A stretch of DNA of 64,000 nt, the filler included, from Dirinaria sp. TL-2023a (Eukaryota): assembly GCA_051941275.1 (NCBI GenBank). It is 14 parts of 14 records of this genome, joined end to end, with 100 filler letters (N's around TTAATTAATTAA, not from the genome) between each part and the next. Parts side by side here need not be neighbours in the genome. Positions count along the whole stretch, not along the records: positions 9,257 to 13,774 come from JAVEBF010001829.1; positions 13,875 to 18,384 come from JAVEBF010001830.1; positions 18,485 to 22,982 come from JAVEBF010001831.1; positions 23,083 to 27,571 come from JAVEBF010001832.1; 10 more parts are not named here. One strand, 5' to 3'. The notes beneath the pieces were generated by a model. The model did no database searches, was not told the origin of the DNA, and saw only the letters and a list, made by a program, of their open reading frames with translations. Shown one piece after another: positions 13,347-26,166 of this stretch. Numbering within the stretch: the stretch's first letter is position 1; each line of letters opens with the position of its first letter. The position numbers and the translations under genes are program-made.

Positions 13347-14994
13347 ATTGACGAACCTCTCACGCATCGATGAAAGCATTCAGCGGTTTAGTTTTGCAGC
13401 ATTTGCAGGCGTGAGGTAAAATGATGACCTCGGAAAGGCATCGGGAATTTTATGATACCCACGAGGGTGGTGTTCTTGCGTCTGGATATGCCAGGGGCTG
13501 GTTAGAACAGCATGTATATATATACCCTGGTGTAGCAGAATTCTGGACTTATGATTATTATTGACGAAGCATTTAACAAGGCTAATTGGCTAGGACTGTT
13601 TCTGGGCCACATTATCAAATGGAAGAAAGAGGTCAAGTACTTTTGAAAGCGACAAGGATTCAATTCATCCGCTATCTGGCACCCACTAGGGAACGAGCAT
13701 GGGCACGGATAGACCGCTGTCTACTGAAGAATTAGCCCTGGTCTAATGTATTCCGGCTCCATCGCCTTACGAGCNNNNNNNNNNNNNNNNNNNNNNNNNN
13801 NNNNNNNNNNNNNNNNNNTTAATTAATTAANNNNNNNNNNNNNNNNNNNNNNNNNNNNNNNNNNNNNNNNNNNNTGTATGTATTTGTAATTAGCATCTAT
13901 CGAAAAATAGAGGGTACAGGGGTCGTTACGAATACACGTAGGTATAACTTCGGTCGTCAAAAGAGAAGTAAGCTACAAGTTTAGACACTGATAAGGAATC
14001 GTGTGAGAGAAGGAAGGAGAGGGACGTGTGGGTAGGTGTGCAGAAAGGGGTGAAGTACTCGATTGCACTCCTCTACGCGGTCTCACCTCAAATGATCTAG
14101 GGTTAGGGTTTGAAAAGTCTTGCCAAAGGCCTACCTTAAGGTAAGGGAGCTCGTTCGAAAAAGTGAGCCATACCGTAGTATCACACGCATAAGGTATACA
14201 CTATTCGGATCATTACTCAAGAGTATGTTAGTCTTCTTGACTGAATACAGCATAAGCCAATCTATTTTTGCCGAGGTTATGGAGACCATATATATCTTGT
14301 CGATTAAGCAACCCAGAAGCCCCTTATAGCTCCCGTTGGTGTGATACCTAGAATCTTGATCTCTGCCATTTCTCTTCAGCACGATCCCAGCCTGTTGCAG
14401 ATTTTATCGCTCCCTAGCAAGCTCTGAAAAAAGCAGTCGGAGCACGTTAGGACCGAGATACTCCAGTCGAAAGGATCAGCCAAAAGCAGCTAGTGGCTGG
14501 CCGAGGCAAAACTACCTTAGCCTCGACGCTTTTCTCCGACAGATTCCGCCGCACCTTCGGGCCGATTCCTTCGCAAATTCGACCCTGTCAAAAAACACTA
14601 AGAGACAATGCCGCAGCTGAAATCGAGATTATGGAGTTTAGAAGAAATACCTCCGAAGGGGCCCCGTCTCAATAGCTGGATCTCGTGGACGTTACCTCAA
14701 AGTTGTCTGCTGAGATCAATTGCAAGCAAACTCTTTTCGATTCCTAATTCTGTCACTGACCGCACGTGTTTCATTTGTCTTCTTTTCCGCTATAGGCGAT
14801 AGTAATCATGACTTTGAACCGCATTGACTGAAGAAGACCTCGTGCCGGTCATCACCTACATACACGGCCGCTGAGCGAGGTCCTGATGGCTTGCTCTCTG
14901 ATCAGCGAGCGTGGCTCTTGAAAAGCAAACAGCTTTCGTCAAGCGTGTTCTTCTCATTTGCTCTATATTCTCATACCTCTCGCATCTTGATTGA

Positions 14995-16279
14995 ATGCGT
15001 CTACATGCTTCTATCATGTATTCGGCTTCAAACATTTTCTCCCTTTTAAACATAGACTGCGCTGCATTGTCTACTGCTTCCCCTATCTATGACCGAGTCA
15101 AAAAGACCACAGCATGTGCTGCAAAGAGCAGTACTAAAGCTACCAATGTCATCAGCTCACAGACAAGACCCAAAGTCATATACTTCATGGACAATGACGT
15201 GTCCGGCAATTTTATCATCGCTGTGAAAGTCGCAGCGGACGGCATTCTCGTCAAAGGTTCTACCACTGCCACATGCGACAAAGGCTTGTCTGAGATCAGT
15301 AGCATGAATAACCAGACAGCTGATCCAGACGCATTCTTCTCCCAATCTGCTCTTAAAGTCGAAGATAGCATGATGGTCGTCGTCAACGTCGGCTCAAACA
15401 TCATGACGATGATGATCATCGACAGCGCAGATCCCACAAAGTTGAGCATGGTGGGCCAGCCAGTCGACACGATGGGCGAATTTCTATGACAGCCGTCATC
15501 AGCGCTCAAAACAAAATGGCCTGCGTTGGCAATTCCGGTGCTAAAGCTGGCATCGGGTGCTTCGCCATGGACGTTCAAACGGGGCTGAAGCCGCTGATGC
15601 AGCAGCAAATCGTGTTCTTAATCGGTCAAACCAAGCCACCGGTCGGGTCATTCGACACTGTCTCGCAAGTTCTCTTCAATCAAGACGAATCAATGCTTCT
15701 GATCATCGTCAAGAGCGACTCTACGAAGAACAATATCGACTTTCTGTTCATGCTTCTCATCATGGACGACGGCTGCCCCGCAGCTTAAGATGCACGATCT
15801 TCCCCCACTGGTACCGCAGTGCTCTTCGGCACGGCCCTCATCTCCAATTTCTAAGATATCCTCGCCACCGACGCTTCCTTCGACGCAGCCACCATCTCCA
15901 TTCCCAACACAAACACCAACACCGCACCCAAAAAGTCCTCGCCAAAACCGTCGTTGCACGCCAAGTCGCAACCTGCTGGGCCGCCCTCTCACCCAGCACA
16001 AATACAGTTTTCGTAGCCGATGTCGCCGTCAATCATCTCGTGGAGGTGAACCCGCTCGACGGCAAGATCCTACAGAGCACCAATGTCCCAAGTAACAATC
16101 CTGGCATGATCGATTTGGTCGCGGCGGACAAGATGGTGTATGCACTTAGTCCGGGCAATGGAACTATCAAGGCTGCGGTTGCGGCTCTGGATGTTATTCA
16201 AAGGCCTGCGAAGCTGGTGCAGAATTTCGAGCCGAAGGACGTGGGGAAGAGTTGTCAGGGGTTGACGGCTGGGTTTTGA
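14995..16279 (+). pseudogene. Secreted beta-propeller (3-carboxymuconate cyclase/lactonase-like) pseudogene with RIP-like mutations
   Basis: Three overlapping frames together give one protein (...DAFFSQSALKV...VVNVGSN...DPTKLSMVGQPVDTMGEF...GTAVLFG...ATDASF...VATCWAALS...). Frameshifts near 15485 and 15930, in-frame TAA at 15786 and 15852, many apparent G->D, P->S and T->I changes. Confidence 0.8.
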
Positions 16280-17027
16280 GGGACTGGGTGGTACGACAGA
16301 GAATAAGGGGAGGAGAGGGGGACAATGATGGAGAGAGTCGCTTAGAAAGAAAGCAAGAAGGTATCTGCATCGATGTAGCATTGGAGGCCTACAAAATTCA
16401 ATCTGCCGACGGTGACAATGCCATCAATCTACGTTGTCCCCTTCCGCATTTACATCGAGAGCTCCACTCTGTCGTCATCGTCTTCTTTGTCTCTCTTGGT
16501 CTAGTTCAGTACGATCAAAACCTCTCCTCTCTTCTCTCTCTCACACACATACACATAAAATCAGCAATCGTACTCGGCGCATTGATATCATCTGGGAGAG
16601 ACTGCACAAATCGAACTTAGAATCAGATCAAGTCGGGAGCGAAGAGAAAGACATGACTACCTTAATTTATCGATACTAAGCCGCACTAGGATGCTTCGCT
16701 AAGCTCTAGTCGCACTAGCGTTTTTCATCGTCGCTCGCTACTTTTCATCGTGACAGCGTTAAGATTACCCTCGTACGTTTGCTTTGAGGTAAGATACCTT
16801 GGTACTCTGTACAAAAATCAATTCCACGTACCCTAGGTCCAATAATTGATAAACTACAATCATCTACCTACATGTACTTTTATTTTGTTAAAGCTGTGCT
16901 GACGACGCCTTTCTGGCAAATTATTTGACAAAAGTACGCAATCTGCACTCATTACCGTTGCATTTCCATTTGATCCTTCTGCATACTTGGTCATTTCACG
17001 AATCTTGTGCATCACAGATACGTTGCG

Positions 17028-18346
17028 ATGTCTGTAGGAGCTCACAAGCCTGAGGGTGATTTCCACGGAGATTACGGCAAGCTGTCTATCATTGAATATA
17101 TTTATCTGGCCTGCAAACTGTTATGGATACTTGGTATGCACTTCTCGTACTATGCAAATTTTCCAATTTTACATGATAACCTCTCCCCCAAGTCTTCGAG
17201 CTACCGAGATTCCTTCTAAGCTACCCAACGTTTCCTTCCTACCCCTTGCAACCCTCATTTTCGACGACCCTCAAAAACTTTGCTATTAGAACGTACGTCA
17301 GCTGATTTCTACTTGCTATCTCCTTGAGGCTACGCCTCGCCTCTGACTCACATTATCACAGAACGAACAGGCTCCTCACCTACCGTCAGATCCGCGTCCT
17401 CATCCGTCCCTCATCCTCTATCATCCTCTCTTCCCGCCGCTACAGCCCTACTAGCCAGAATCTCTACAGTCGCATCTCTTGCTCTAGGTTCACCGGCTAT
17501 TGGGTGATCCAATCTTCCTTCACTAATCCCCAACCGCCGCGGCATTCGGATGTCACGATCTGTTTTCTCCATGGAGGGGGGTATTTTGCCTCGCAACCAG
17601 ACACCTACTTGGTGTTTCTACTCCGCCTAGCAGAAGCAATCTTGGAGCAGGATATCAGAGTGTCCATTTTCGCATTGGATTACCACCTCGCGCCTGAGTT
17701 TACTTACCCTACACAATTAGAGGAAACGGTAGCTGCTTATGAGTATCTCCTCCATGAAATGGCCATCCCCCCCGAAAAGATCGTGATCGCAGGTGATTCT
17801 GCGGGAGGGCATTTGGCGCTATCGATGCTCGTGAGTCTCCATCAACGTGCTTCGTTGCCAAAGCCAGGAGGGGCGATGCTGTTCTCGCCATGGTTGTCGC
17901 TGCATCATACACCTGGCACGAATGCAGATGTGGACGTCCTCTCCGCTTCTTTCCTGAGAGCTACAGGACAACGCTTCCTCGGCCCCGCTCGCGCAGGTAG
18001 GGAGGAAACAATGGTAAATCCGTTGCTGGAATTCCTCAATCCGCGCCCAGAGACAGACTGGGATGCTGTACTTCCGTCATGGCTGAGGGTGTCGGGAGGC
18101 ACGAATGAGATCATGTTTGATGATCTCGTGACGTGGACGCAGGCGCTTCAAACAAGGCTGGGGAGGGAGAGGGTGAGCTGCACGTGGGGTGAGGGAGAAG
18201 TACATGACTGGCAGTGGTTGGAGACGATGGATGAGGGGTCGAAGAAGAACTTTCTTCAGAAGGAAGGGAAGTGTGAAGACTTTGCGGCAGTGGCTCGGAT
18301 TGGGATGATTGTTGGGGAGAAAATGAGAGGGAAGGTGCACGTATGA
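17028..18346 (+). CDS. Alpha/beta hydrolase (hormone-sensitive lipase / Say1-like esterase)
   Basis: HGGGY oxyanion motif, DYHLAPE, GDSAGG nucleophile elbow and C-terminal HDW. The 5' exons are interrupted by introns and their boundaries are approximate. Confidence 0.88.
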
Positions 18347-18806
18347 ATTTTCTGGCTACAGAGTCGATTGTGCATCCTCGGGATNNNNNNNNNNNNNNNN
18401 NNNNNNNNNNNNNNNNNNNNNNNNNNNNTTAATTAATTAANNNNNNNNNNNNNNNNNNNNNNNNNNNNNNNNNNNNNNNNNNNNTGTGAAGAGAAGAAGA
18501 TTAGATAGATAGATACCACACCACCAAAATACAGTTACACGCTTTGTCCGGGGGGAAAAAAAAGAAAAGGCAGATGTATTGACTTTTGAATCCGTTTCTT
18601 ATGATTTTTTTTCAACCTCTCTATCTGGCATCTTGTTTGGTAGGAAAAAACCCCCCATTTTCTACCAATGGACGAACCACGCGCTATTGTGCAACACGAC
18701 AAAACAAAAAAAAAAAACCACGCATCCCGCCAGGAAAAAAAAAATTCCCTGGTTCGATTTGGCTTGAAATCAAAATACAAGATCGCGAGGGGGCTGGGCG
18801 CAATAG

Positions 18807-20239
18807 CTAATAGTAATAATTCTCGTCCGGGATCCTTCCCCGCATCCACGCCGGTTCGCTGCCTCGAACGTAGATATCCTCGTACAAGATCTGCGGCGTC
18901 GTCTCCGGCACGGGCATATTCTCGGCCTCGCCGACCTCGCGATCGACGTAGCTCCTGGCGTCTTTGTCGATGCCCTTCAACTCTTCCTCCGTGGTCACCT
19001 CCCAATCCAACAGCTTCTGCTTCAGGCCGGCGATGGGATCGTTCGTGCTCCTCATGCGCTGGATCTCTTCCCGGGTGCGGTACGTCGTGCCCGGATCGGA
19101 CATGGAGTGCCCGCCGTAGCGGTAGGTGACATATTCGAACACGAGGGGGCCGTTGCCGGCCACGGTGTGTTGCTTGCCGTATTCGACGGCCGCTTTCACC
19201 GCGAGCACGTCCATGCCGTTGACTTTGAGGCCGGGGATGTACTGCCCGCGCTTGTAGTATTCCGTCAAGGCGGCGGCACGATTGGCTGCTGTGCCCATAC
19301 CATATTTGTTATCTGGAATCGAACGGTCAGCTCTCCGATGTGCAGACACGGGACGGCGCAAGGTGATAAGGCGGTTCGAACAGATGGGGTTCACATACTT
19401 TCACATCCGAACAGAATCGGCAAATTCCAGAGCTTGGCCATGTTGAAGGCTTCGAACACCTGGCCTTGGTTGCTAGCCCCGTCTCCGTAAAGGCAAATTG
19501 TTGTGTTCTGCTTGTCTGTATACTGGTTTGCGAATGCGATACCCGCACCCACGGGAACTTGAGCGCCGACAATCCCATTGCCTCCGTAGAAGCCTTTGGC
19601 GAACATGTGCATGGAACCTCCTTTGCCGTAAGCAATACCTTCTCGGCGACCAAGAAGTTCGCCGATAATCGACTTGACGGTTCCCCCACGCATGAGAGCG
19701 AAGCCATGGCAGCGGTAGGCGGTGATTACATGGTCCTCTTTGGTAATGGCGTGTTCAATGCCTGCAGCGACGGCTTCCTGGCCCGTGGACAGATGGCAAA
19801 ACCCTCGGATCTTCTTTTCTTTGTAGAGTCGGTCTGCAGCCATTTCCATTCGCCTGAAGGTAACAGTCAATTCTGCTCTTGGCGTTGCTATGAACCATGT
19901 CGAGCGTACCGTATTGAGACCATGTCATAGTACATCTGCTTGAGCTCGGCTTTGGTCGTTTTGAGAGTATATGGGGGCGGGTCGAGTTCGTAGGTTTCGA
20001 AGCTCTCATCGGAGAGCCTCACCTCAAAGGGCTTGTCATCTTCCTTCTCAATCGTTAGCATGGTCGTTGACAAGTCATTGCTTTCAACCTACCGACGGAA
20101 CGTGCTCCTTGTCGGCGTGAGATGATGCTGCATCGGTGGTGACAGTCCGTACAGCTGGTTTAGGGCAGGGCCTGAGTGCCGCCGGCCTGAGCGGCGCTAT
20201 GCACCGTGTTCTCAGAACTGGACGCAGCATGGTGCTCAT
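18807..20239 (-). CDS. PDA1: Pyruvate dehydrogenase E1 alpha subunit, mitochondrial
   Basis: [23 protein letters not shown] (TPP-binding) and [15 protein letters not shown] motifs, three introns and a mitochondrial presequence. Start is 20239 or 20230. Confidence 0.97.
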
Positions 20240-20487
20240 GGCGAGATGATTTGGAAGAGCTTGTATGGTATGGTAAGGTCAGCCATGGCCTCAGGTCGGA
20301 GTCCGGGCCATCGGGCAATTGTTGAACAGTGAGATGAGCCGAGCTAAACGCTTCTCGGGTTAGCGCAGCCCTACGTCTACTCCCAGTACAAAGAAACCCA
20401 AATACTCTGCTCTCCGGCATCGGGAGTATTATTATGCCTTTCAATCGGTATTTACCCCCTCGACCTGATTCAGTGGACTTTCCCTTT

Positions 20488-20886
20488 TCACGCCAGCCAC
20501 GGCAATTTCATCGCTTCCCATAACAGTGCCCCAATAGCTATACTGTGAAAACCTGCGTGCACCCATGCTCCTCCCAAACCTTCCCAGATCCCCGTTCTCT
20601 CTCCGTTCCGGATTTTATATCCAGCTCGTGTAAGCGGGCCCAGGTGGTACAGAGCTAGTGCGCCAGCTACTTGGCATGATGTTTCGCTAGGATGGTCTTG
20701 AAATAGAAAGATGCTGGCAATCAGGTTGGTCGAGGTAAGCAGGAGCGCATACTGGCGAATGACCGCATGGGCGTCCGGCTGTGGGCGGGTCAGAGTGGCA
20801 GAGGGTCGGAGGAAGAAGCCGTAGGATGCAATCAATTCACCGAGGATGTGGATGAGGAACGGGATGTTGGCGTGCGGCACCTTCAT
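20488..20886 (-). CDS. Small fungal membrane protein (about 4 TM), unknown function
   Basis: Intact 132-aa ATG ORF with four hydrophobic segments, including AHAVIRQYALLLTSTNLIA and GALALYHLGP. Confidence 0.7.
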   Translation of the reverse strand: MKVPHANIPFLIHILGELIASYGFFLRPSATLTRPQPDAHAVIRQYALLLTSTNLIASIFLFQDHPSETSCQVAGALALYHLGPLTRAGYKIRNGERTGIWEGLGGAWVHAGFHSIAIGALLWEAMKLPWLA

Positions 20887-23120
20887 AAGCCGGGATTTGG
20901 GAGGTACCGGAAAGTTGAATGCTCGGTGTGTCTGACGTGTACCTCGTACCAGCCAGGCTGATGACAGTCGGATATGTGGTGCTCAAATCCTGAGAAAGTT
21001 CGATTAGTAAGGCACTAGTCATCCTGTACGCCTTCAAAAGTTTAACGACTCATCGCGCATAGCCAGATACAGTGCGCGCCGCCATAAATACACCATAATA
21101 ACAGATTCATCATGCCGTAGTACGAAAGTCGACGATGCATAGACGAAGGCCCTGCCACCTATATATACAAGACGGAACTAGGCCAAAGAAAATAGTGAGT
21201 AGATCTCCCAAGGCTTAGGGTAGAGTTCACATTAGCCACTCGCGATCCGTCTGTCTTCCTGATCCCTCCCGTTCCTTAGAGCGCCATCGTTCGGAAGGAA
21301 GCTATATACAGTACATTTTCACCAAGCTTAGGATCTGCAGTGCGCGGGATTATCAGCCGGACTAAACCATGTCAATGGTAGGCAATAAACCTTCTTGGTA
21401 AACGCTCAGTGAGTAGGATGCAGGAGTATCAAAAGAGCCCGACTCAGAACCGTCGAGGAGTATCATAGAGCTGTCAAACAAACACACCGCGTGGGGTGTT
21501 ATGTGGCGTTTGCATGCCGCAACGAAATTGATCGCTCCTTTAATACCTTAAGACAATATCAGCGAACGCTGTTGCGTCTGATTGATCACATTGCTTTCGT
21601 AAAGGAAACTCGTCGTTGGATCGCTTCAACCTATCAGTGTTATCTAAATTTTCTTACGCATGCGGGGCTACAATTAAGACCTTCCAAAGCCAGAACAACT
21701 TTCCCAACGCCTGGTAAGTATCTCTAACGCACAGCACTCTCTCGCATGATTTGTAAGATGACCCCAGAACAACATGCTATGCCATGTCGGATCGCAAGTT
21801 GCAAGCAGCTTTAACAAGGGGCGGCACGTTGTTTAACGTTTGACTTCATGCAACTACGCAATGGCCGTCTGGCGCCAACGCATTGAGCTTGGGAAACCGT
21901 TCTTCCTTCGAGCGTGGACTGATCGACTGCGTGGCTCGGTTGCTAAAGACCTATGATATGAGGTGGGGACAAGCAATACCGACTTGCCAGGTATTCTGCA
22001 CTGCGCTTCGGGTATAGAGGAGCCTGCATGACTAGCTCTCTTATATCAGTGCAACATAATTGTACTCCGACCGGGGAAAAATGTCGTCGGCAAAGCAAGT
22101 TTGACAGCTGTGAGATCCCGTGCTTCGGTATCCTGCATATGTGACAGGGTTCCGAAGACATCAAGACAAGATTTCATTTTTTTGAATTCGAACCCAAAAG
22201 TGGCTGCGACAGATTTTATGTTCCCTAGAGGAGAACTACCATCTCGGCTTTGAACTCTGCTCCAATGCGTGCATTGAATGCCATCCAATAATTATCCAGT
22301 CGCGCACCGTGTCCACATAGAATGTGGTACATGGAGGTTTCAGAAGCCGTATATTGGGCTTGGTGTAAAGCCATGCTGGAATTAGACCCGGCTGCGATCT
22401 GTAGAGGATCATAGAAAGCGGTCGGACGAGATTCACCTGATGAAGGAATCATGACTGGTGTTTCTCTGTCAGATATCGAACATGACGCAAACGAATACAT
22501 CAGCCCCGTCACACCAAAATGAAGAGTGGCTTTAGAGGGCTTTGGAGGGGCGGGGGGACGGATAGTTGCAGGCTTGGATGTCCCAGCACCACGGTCGTGT
22601 GCAAACTAGGACCAACGACGAGCGAGGCCAAGCGCGCCGCTGTCATCAGAGTTTGGTTAGCTGGGAATCCCGACGTTAGGGTTACGCTCCGTCACCTTGG
22701 CACATGACAAGCGTAGGAAAGGCTAAAGGGCAGGTTGCTGAAAGATCAGAGCGCCGGTGGCCCGGTGATCCTTTACCCGTCTAGGCGAGCCGACCCCAGA
22801 CAAGAGGCTTAGAGGCTTCTGGCGAAAACGATGGCTGGCTGGAGGGAGTGGGCCATTCCGGGTTTTGGATGTGAGAGGTGGCATGCAGGATGATAAAAGC
22901 GACCCGCGCTACTCTTGGTTCAGCTTGACAGCGGGGTCGAGCATTACTTCAGCCTCGTCCAACGCTCGCGACTTTGTTGGGGNNNNNNNNNNNNNNNNNN
23001 NNNNNNNNNNNNNNNNNNNNNNNNNNTTAATTAATTAANNNNNNNNNNNNNNNNNNNNNNNNNNNNNNNNNNNNNNNNNNNNAAGGTTTTCACTATTTGT
23101 TGCTGACTAGATATTGACAG

Positions 23121-23709
23121 AATCCGACTATATGGGTGCCGCAGGCAAATCATCCATGACTCTTAAGAGGAAATTTCAATCCCAGAGCAGCTATGGTCCG
23201 GTTTTTACCAAGGTTCGAATCATAATCGTGGTCGCCTGTTACGAAAGTAGCTACATCGCGCTGCCCCTATACGTATGTATCTGCTGACAATATCCTTCCA
23301 AGCACTTACCGACTCGAAAAGTTTATAATCTCCATTTCGGGTTTGAGCATAAATTTGGATTTAGAATCTCATTTCGCAAAAATGCATGCTAATTCTTCTA
23401 TCTTGATAGACACATAATGGAAACGGACTATCCAACAAGAGCCCCAGCCAGAGACATGAGTACGTCAGCGTACGTGATCATCGACTAGAAGGACCATTTA
23501 CCGCTCAGTCTGATCAAGGGGCTTTGCGAACAGAGTTTCTCAACGACGGTATCTTTATAATCGATCCTGTTTCGACCGTGCATCTCACATATCACCACTC
23601 TCGCAGCTACAACCTTCCCGTCGTCCACCAAGGGCATCTCACAGCGCAGTCCACAGATCGTCTGATAAAGCTATATAATGACTTCGCGCCACAGCAGCCT
23701 CCCCAATAA
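23121..23709 (+). CDS. DUF6590-like / PemK-MazF-fold protein, paralog A (5' truncated by contig edge)
   Basis: Exons 23121-23272 and 23410-23709 (intron GTATGT...GCTAAT...TAG) splice to ...YGPVFTKVRIIIVVACYESSYIALPLYTHNGNGLSNK...EYVSVRDHR...DPVSTVHLTY...QGHL...STDRLIKLY. It aligns along its length with paralog B. Confidence 0.75.
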
Positions 23710-24175
23710 TCTTTTGAAGATTAACCAACCTAGAGTATATTCACTACTTACCTTCGCTACAGACATAATACAAAAATTCAATTGTGGGATGATAGAGCAT
23801 TATATTATAACTGATCGATGGAGTAGGGCACGCAATGTGAAGGTAATTTAAGCTGGTATTTACATTATCGATTCCTGACGCTAATGCTATTACTGGATCG
23901 CAATGACTAAGCAGATCTGTTTTATTATCACCTTCTTTCTATTGTACAAATTCTCATATCGTATGGGTGGCTCGTCTACAAACGAATTGGTTCAATGCGA
24001 GCGCACCGTGTTCTTCTTACTAAGTAACAACCCCAGTGAAAAGGGTTTTTACTTACGCCATTTGACCTTCTGACGGTTTTTGAGCCCGTTTCCCTTTCGC
24101 ACACATGACAATATCAATGACAGTTCTGAGGTCGTGAAAAAAAATTTTGAATAACGACTATGTAGGCGTTAATAT

Positions 24176-25702
24176 TCATCTAGTCTGCGAAATTTCCCCT
24201 GATCCTTCCTCCTCTTTTGCGTCACGAAATGTACTACAGTAGAACCGCCAGCGGTCTATCTGCAACCTATTGCTAAGTTCTTTCTCAACCATGCTGAAGG
24301 TGCTAGATATGCTGACAGACTTTTCATCCCCCCAGAGATCAATCTCCGGCTGAGCTGCGTCCTCTTCTGGCGGAGCTGTGACTTGTTCAACCCACACTGC
24401 AACATGACTGTAATCCTTCATAGCTGTTACGGCTGCCAATTTTTCAGGCTCTGAGCTACAAGCTTCCTCGTCATACTCAGCACAAGACATTATCGACATA
24501 TCGTCCTCAGCCAGAACGCCAAACTCTTTGCAGTCGTCCAGAGCTTCTTGAAACTCGAATTCGGCACTAATAAGTTTCTGAGTGAGCTCTCGATTCCGCT
24601 GAACATGCAGCTCTCTGACCTCACTCTCAGGAAAATCTACTTCGCCGTTGCGCAAAGCTTCGCGGTAGTTTTGAATCTGTTCCTCGCAAACTCGTTCTCT
24701 GTTGTCGAAATGATGCTGGAGCATTTGCAACTGTTCAACGGCAGCTTCGTACCTATCTCTCATTCCCTTATCAGTCAGAAGCCCGCACGAGTGCGGATCT
24801 TCCGGTGAAGGAGGAGTCATATCGAAAGAAGCCGATCGATATGGATCGATGAGACTGTCTTGAGCGGTTGCTCTGTCCAAAGTTTGCCCGCCCACCGATC
24901 GGACGGACGCTCTTCTTTCAACTTCCATTTCGTCTCGCAGCGTGGCGTTGTCTTCAGCCTCTGTCACCTTGTACAGTTGCTTGTCGATTAATATATTCTC
25001 TAATGTTCGTTCCAGGCGCTTGCGTGAATAATCTAGCTCGCGCTTTCGGTCTTTTAGGGTCTCTTCAAGAGTATCCCGACGCTGAAAATCTGCGTGGATC
25101 TGCGGTGTTCGGTCTTCAAACTCTTCTAGGTAGAAGTCGCGCCCTGGGCAGTCTGAGCCTTCCGTTCGTGCTTTCACAAATTCCAGGAATGATTTACCGT
25201 CTTCCGCCTTTTCCATAGCAGATTCGTAAGAGCTTTCGAGGGTTTCGAGTTCTCGGGCGCTCTTAAGCACCTCTGTGATCTGTGCTACAGTATCTTCAGT
25301 CAAAGGGAAGGATCGGCAGCTTGTATCTACACAACTGTCATGGGCAATATCGTGGCTAGCATCCAAAAGATCATTCGTCTGGACTGGATACCCTGACAAG
25401 CTACTCAAAACAGGTCTGCTTTCTGGTTCGAGACTCATCAACTGCGCATCGAGAGCGGATTGAAGAGATGGCTGAATGTAGAGCTGCTCATGGGATGGAG
25501 ACTGATCGAAATCTGATCTAAAAGAAGCTGGCAGACTTGTTTGTGCCGGCTCTATCCTGTCCTTCGAGAGCCTTTGCGGTACACCTTCGTCTTCAATAAG
25601 GCGTGCTTGCGGATTTATGCGTGCCTGCAATCTCCCACTGTTGAAGTGCGAGCCAAATTTGCGAAAGGCCTTCTCCAGGAAGTCTCGCATGCGGTGCTCC
25701 AT
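24176..25702 (-). CDS. Acidic coiled-coil protein of unknown function (508 aa)
   Basis: Uninterrupted ATG ORF, Glu/Asp-rich with heptad-like segments and a Trp-containing C-terminal motif (VAVWVEQV...IDLWG...SVSISSTFS...QIDRWR). Confidence 0.8.
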   Translation of the reverse strand: MEHRMRDFLEKAFRKFGSHFNSGRLQARINPQARLIEDEGVPQRLSKDRIEPAQTSLPASFRSDFDQSPSHEQLYIQPSLQSALDAQLMSLEPESRPVLSSLSGYPVQTNDLLDASHDIAHDSCVDTSCRSFPLTEDTVAQITEVLKSARELETLESSYESAMEKAEDGKSFLEFVKARTEGSDCPGRDFYLEEFEDRTPQIHADFQRRDTLEETLKDRKRELDYSRKRLERTLENILIDKQLYKVTEAEDNATLRDEMEVERRASVRSVGGQTLDRATAQDSLIDPYRSASFDMTPPSPEDPHSCGLLTDKGMRDRYEAAVEQLQMLQHHFDNRERVCEEQIQNYREALRNGEVDFPESEVRELHVQRNRELTQKLISAEFEFQEALDDCKEFGVLAEDDMSIMSCAEYDEEACSSEPEKLAAVTAMKDYSHVAVWVEQVTAPPEEDAAQPEIDLWGDEKSVSISSTFSMVEKELSNRLQIDRWRFYCSTFRDAKEEEGSGEISQTR

Positions 25703-26166
25703 TGATCAAGGATGGAGACGATGAAGCAGGATGATTAGCTAAACTGAATTCTGGCTTCGGGTGGTATAAAACAACTTAGGCTTGAAGTGTACGCGTATTG
25801 ACAGGTGGGCAGAGAGGAGAATATAACTCGTGGTGTGAGCTGTCTCACCTTTGTATTCAAGCTCATTGTCCAGAATTAACAAAGCATAGTGACACCTAAA
25901 ACCCACGAACAAAGAGCAAGGCTCTGTTTAGATCCAAAGATGGCTTTGATGCTGAAGGAGAATTCATTGTCTGACCTAGTAAGTGCTCTCTGTTTCGGAA
26001 TGCAATGTTCTCGAGCTGTATATATCGCCGATATATCGCTGATCTGACCCCAAGCCTATATCGATTATAAACACGCACAGGTGATCGTAAGAAAATTTGG
26101 TGTCACCACTCTAAAATTTATATCCTTCAGAATATCAACGCCAAAGCAGCAATACCTAGCTTTCGC

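Noticed and set aside
14097..14111. Telomere-like CTAGGGTTAGGGTTT
   Set aside because: Only about two units, internal to a contig, and compatible with chance.
21943..22982. Possible minus-strand gene remnant
   Set aside because: Short ORFs with several stops and frame changes, and no recognisable motif.
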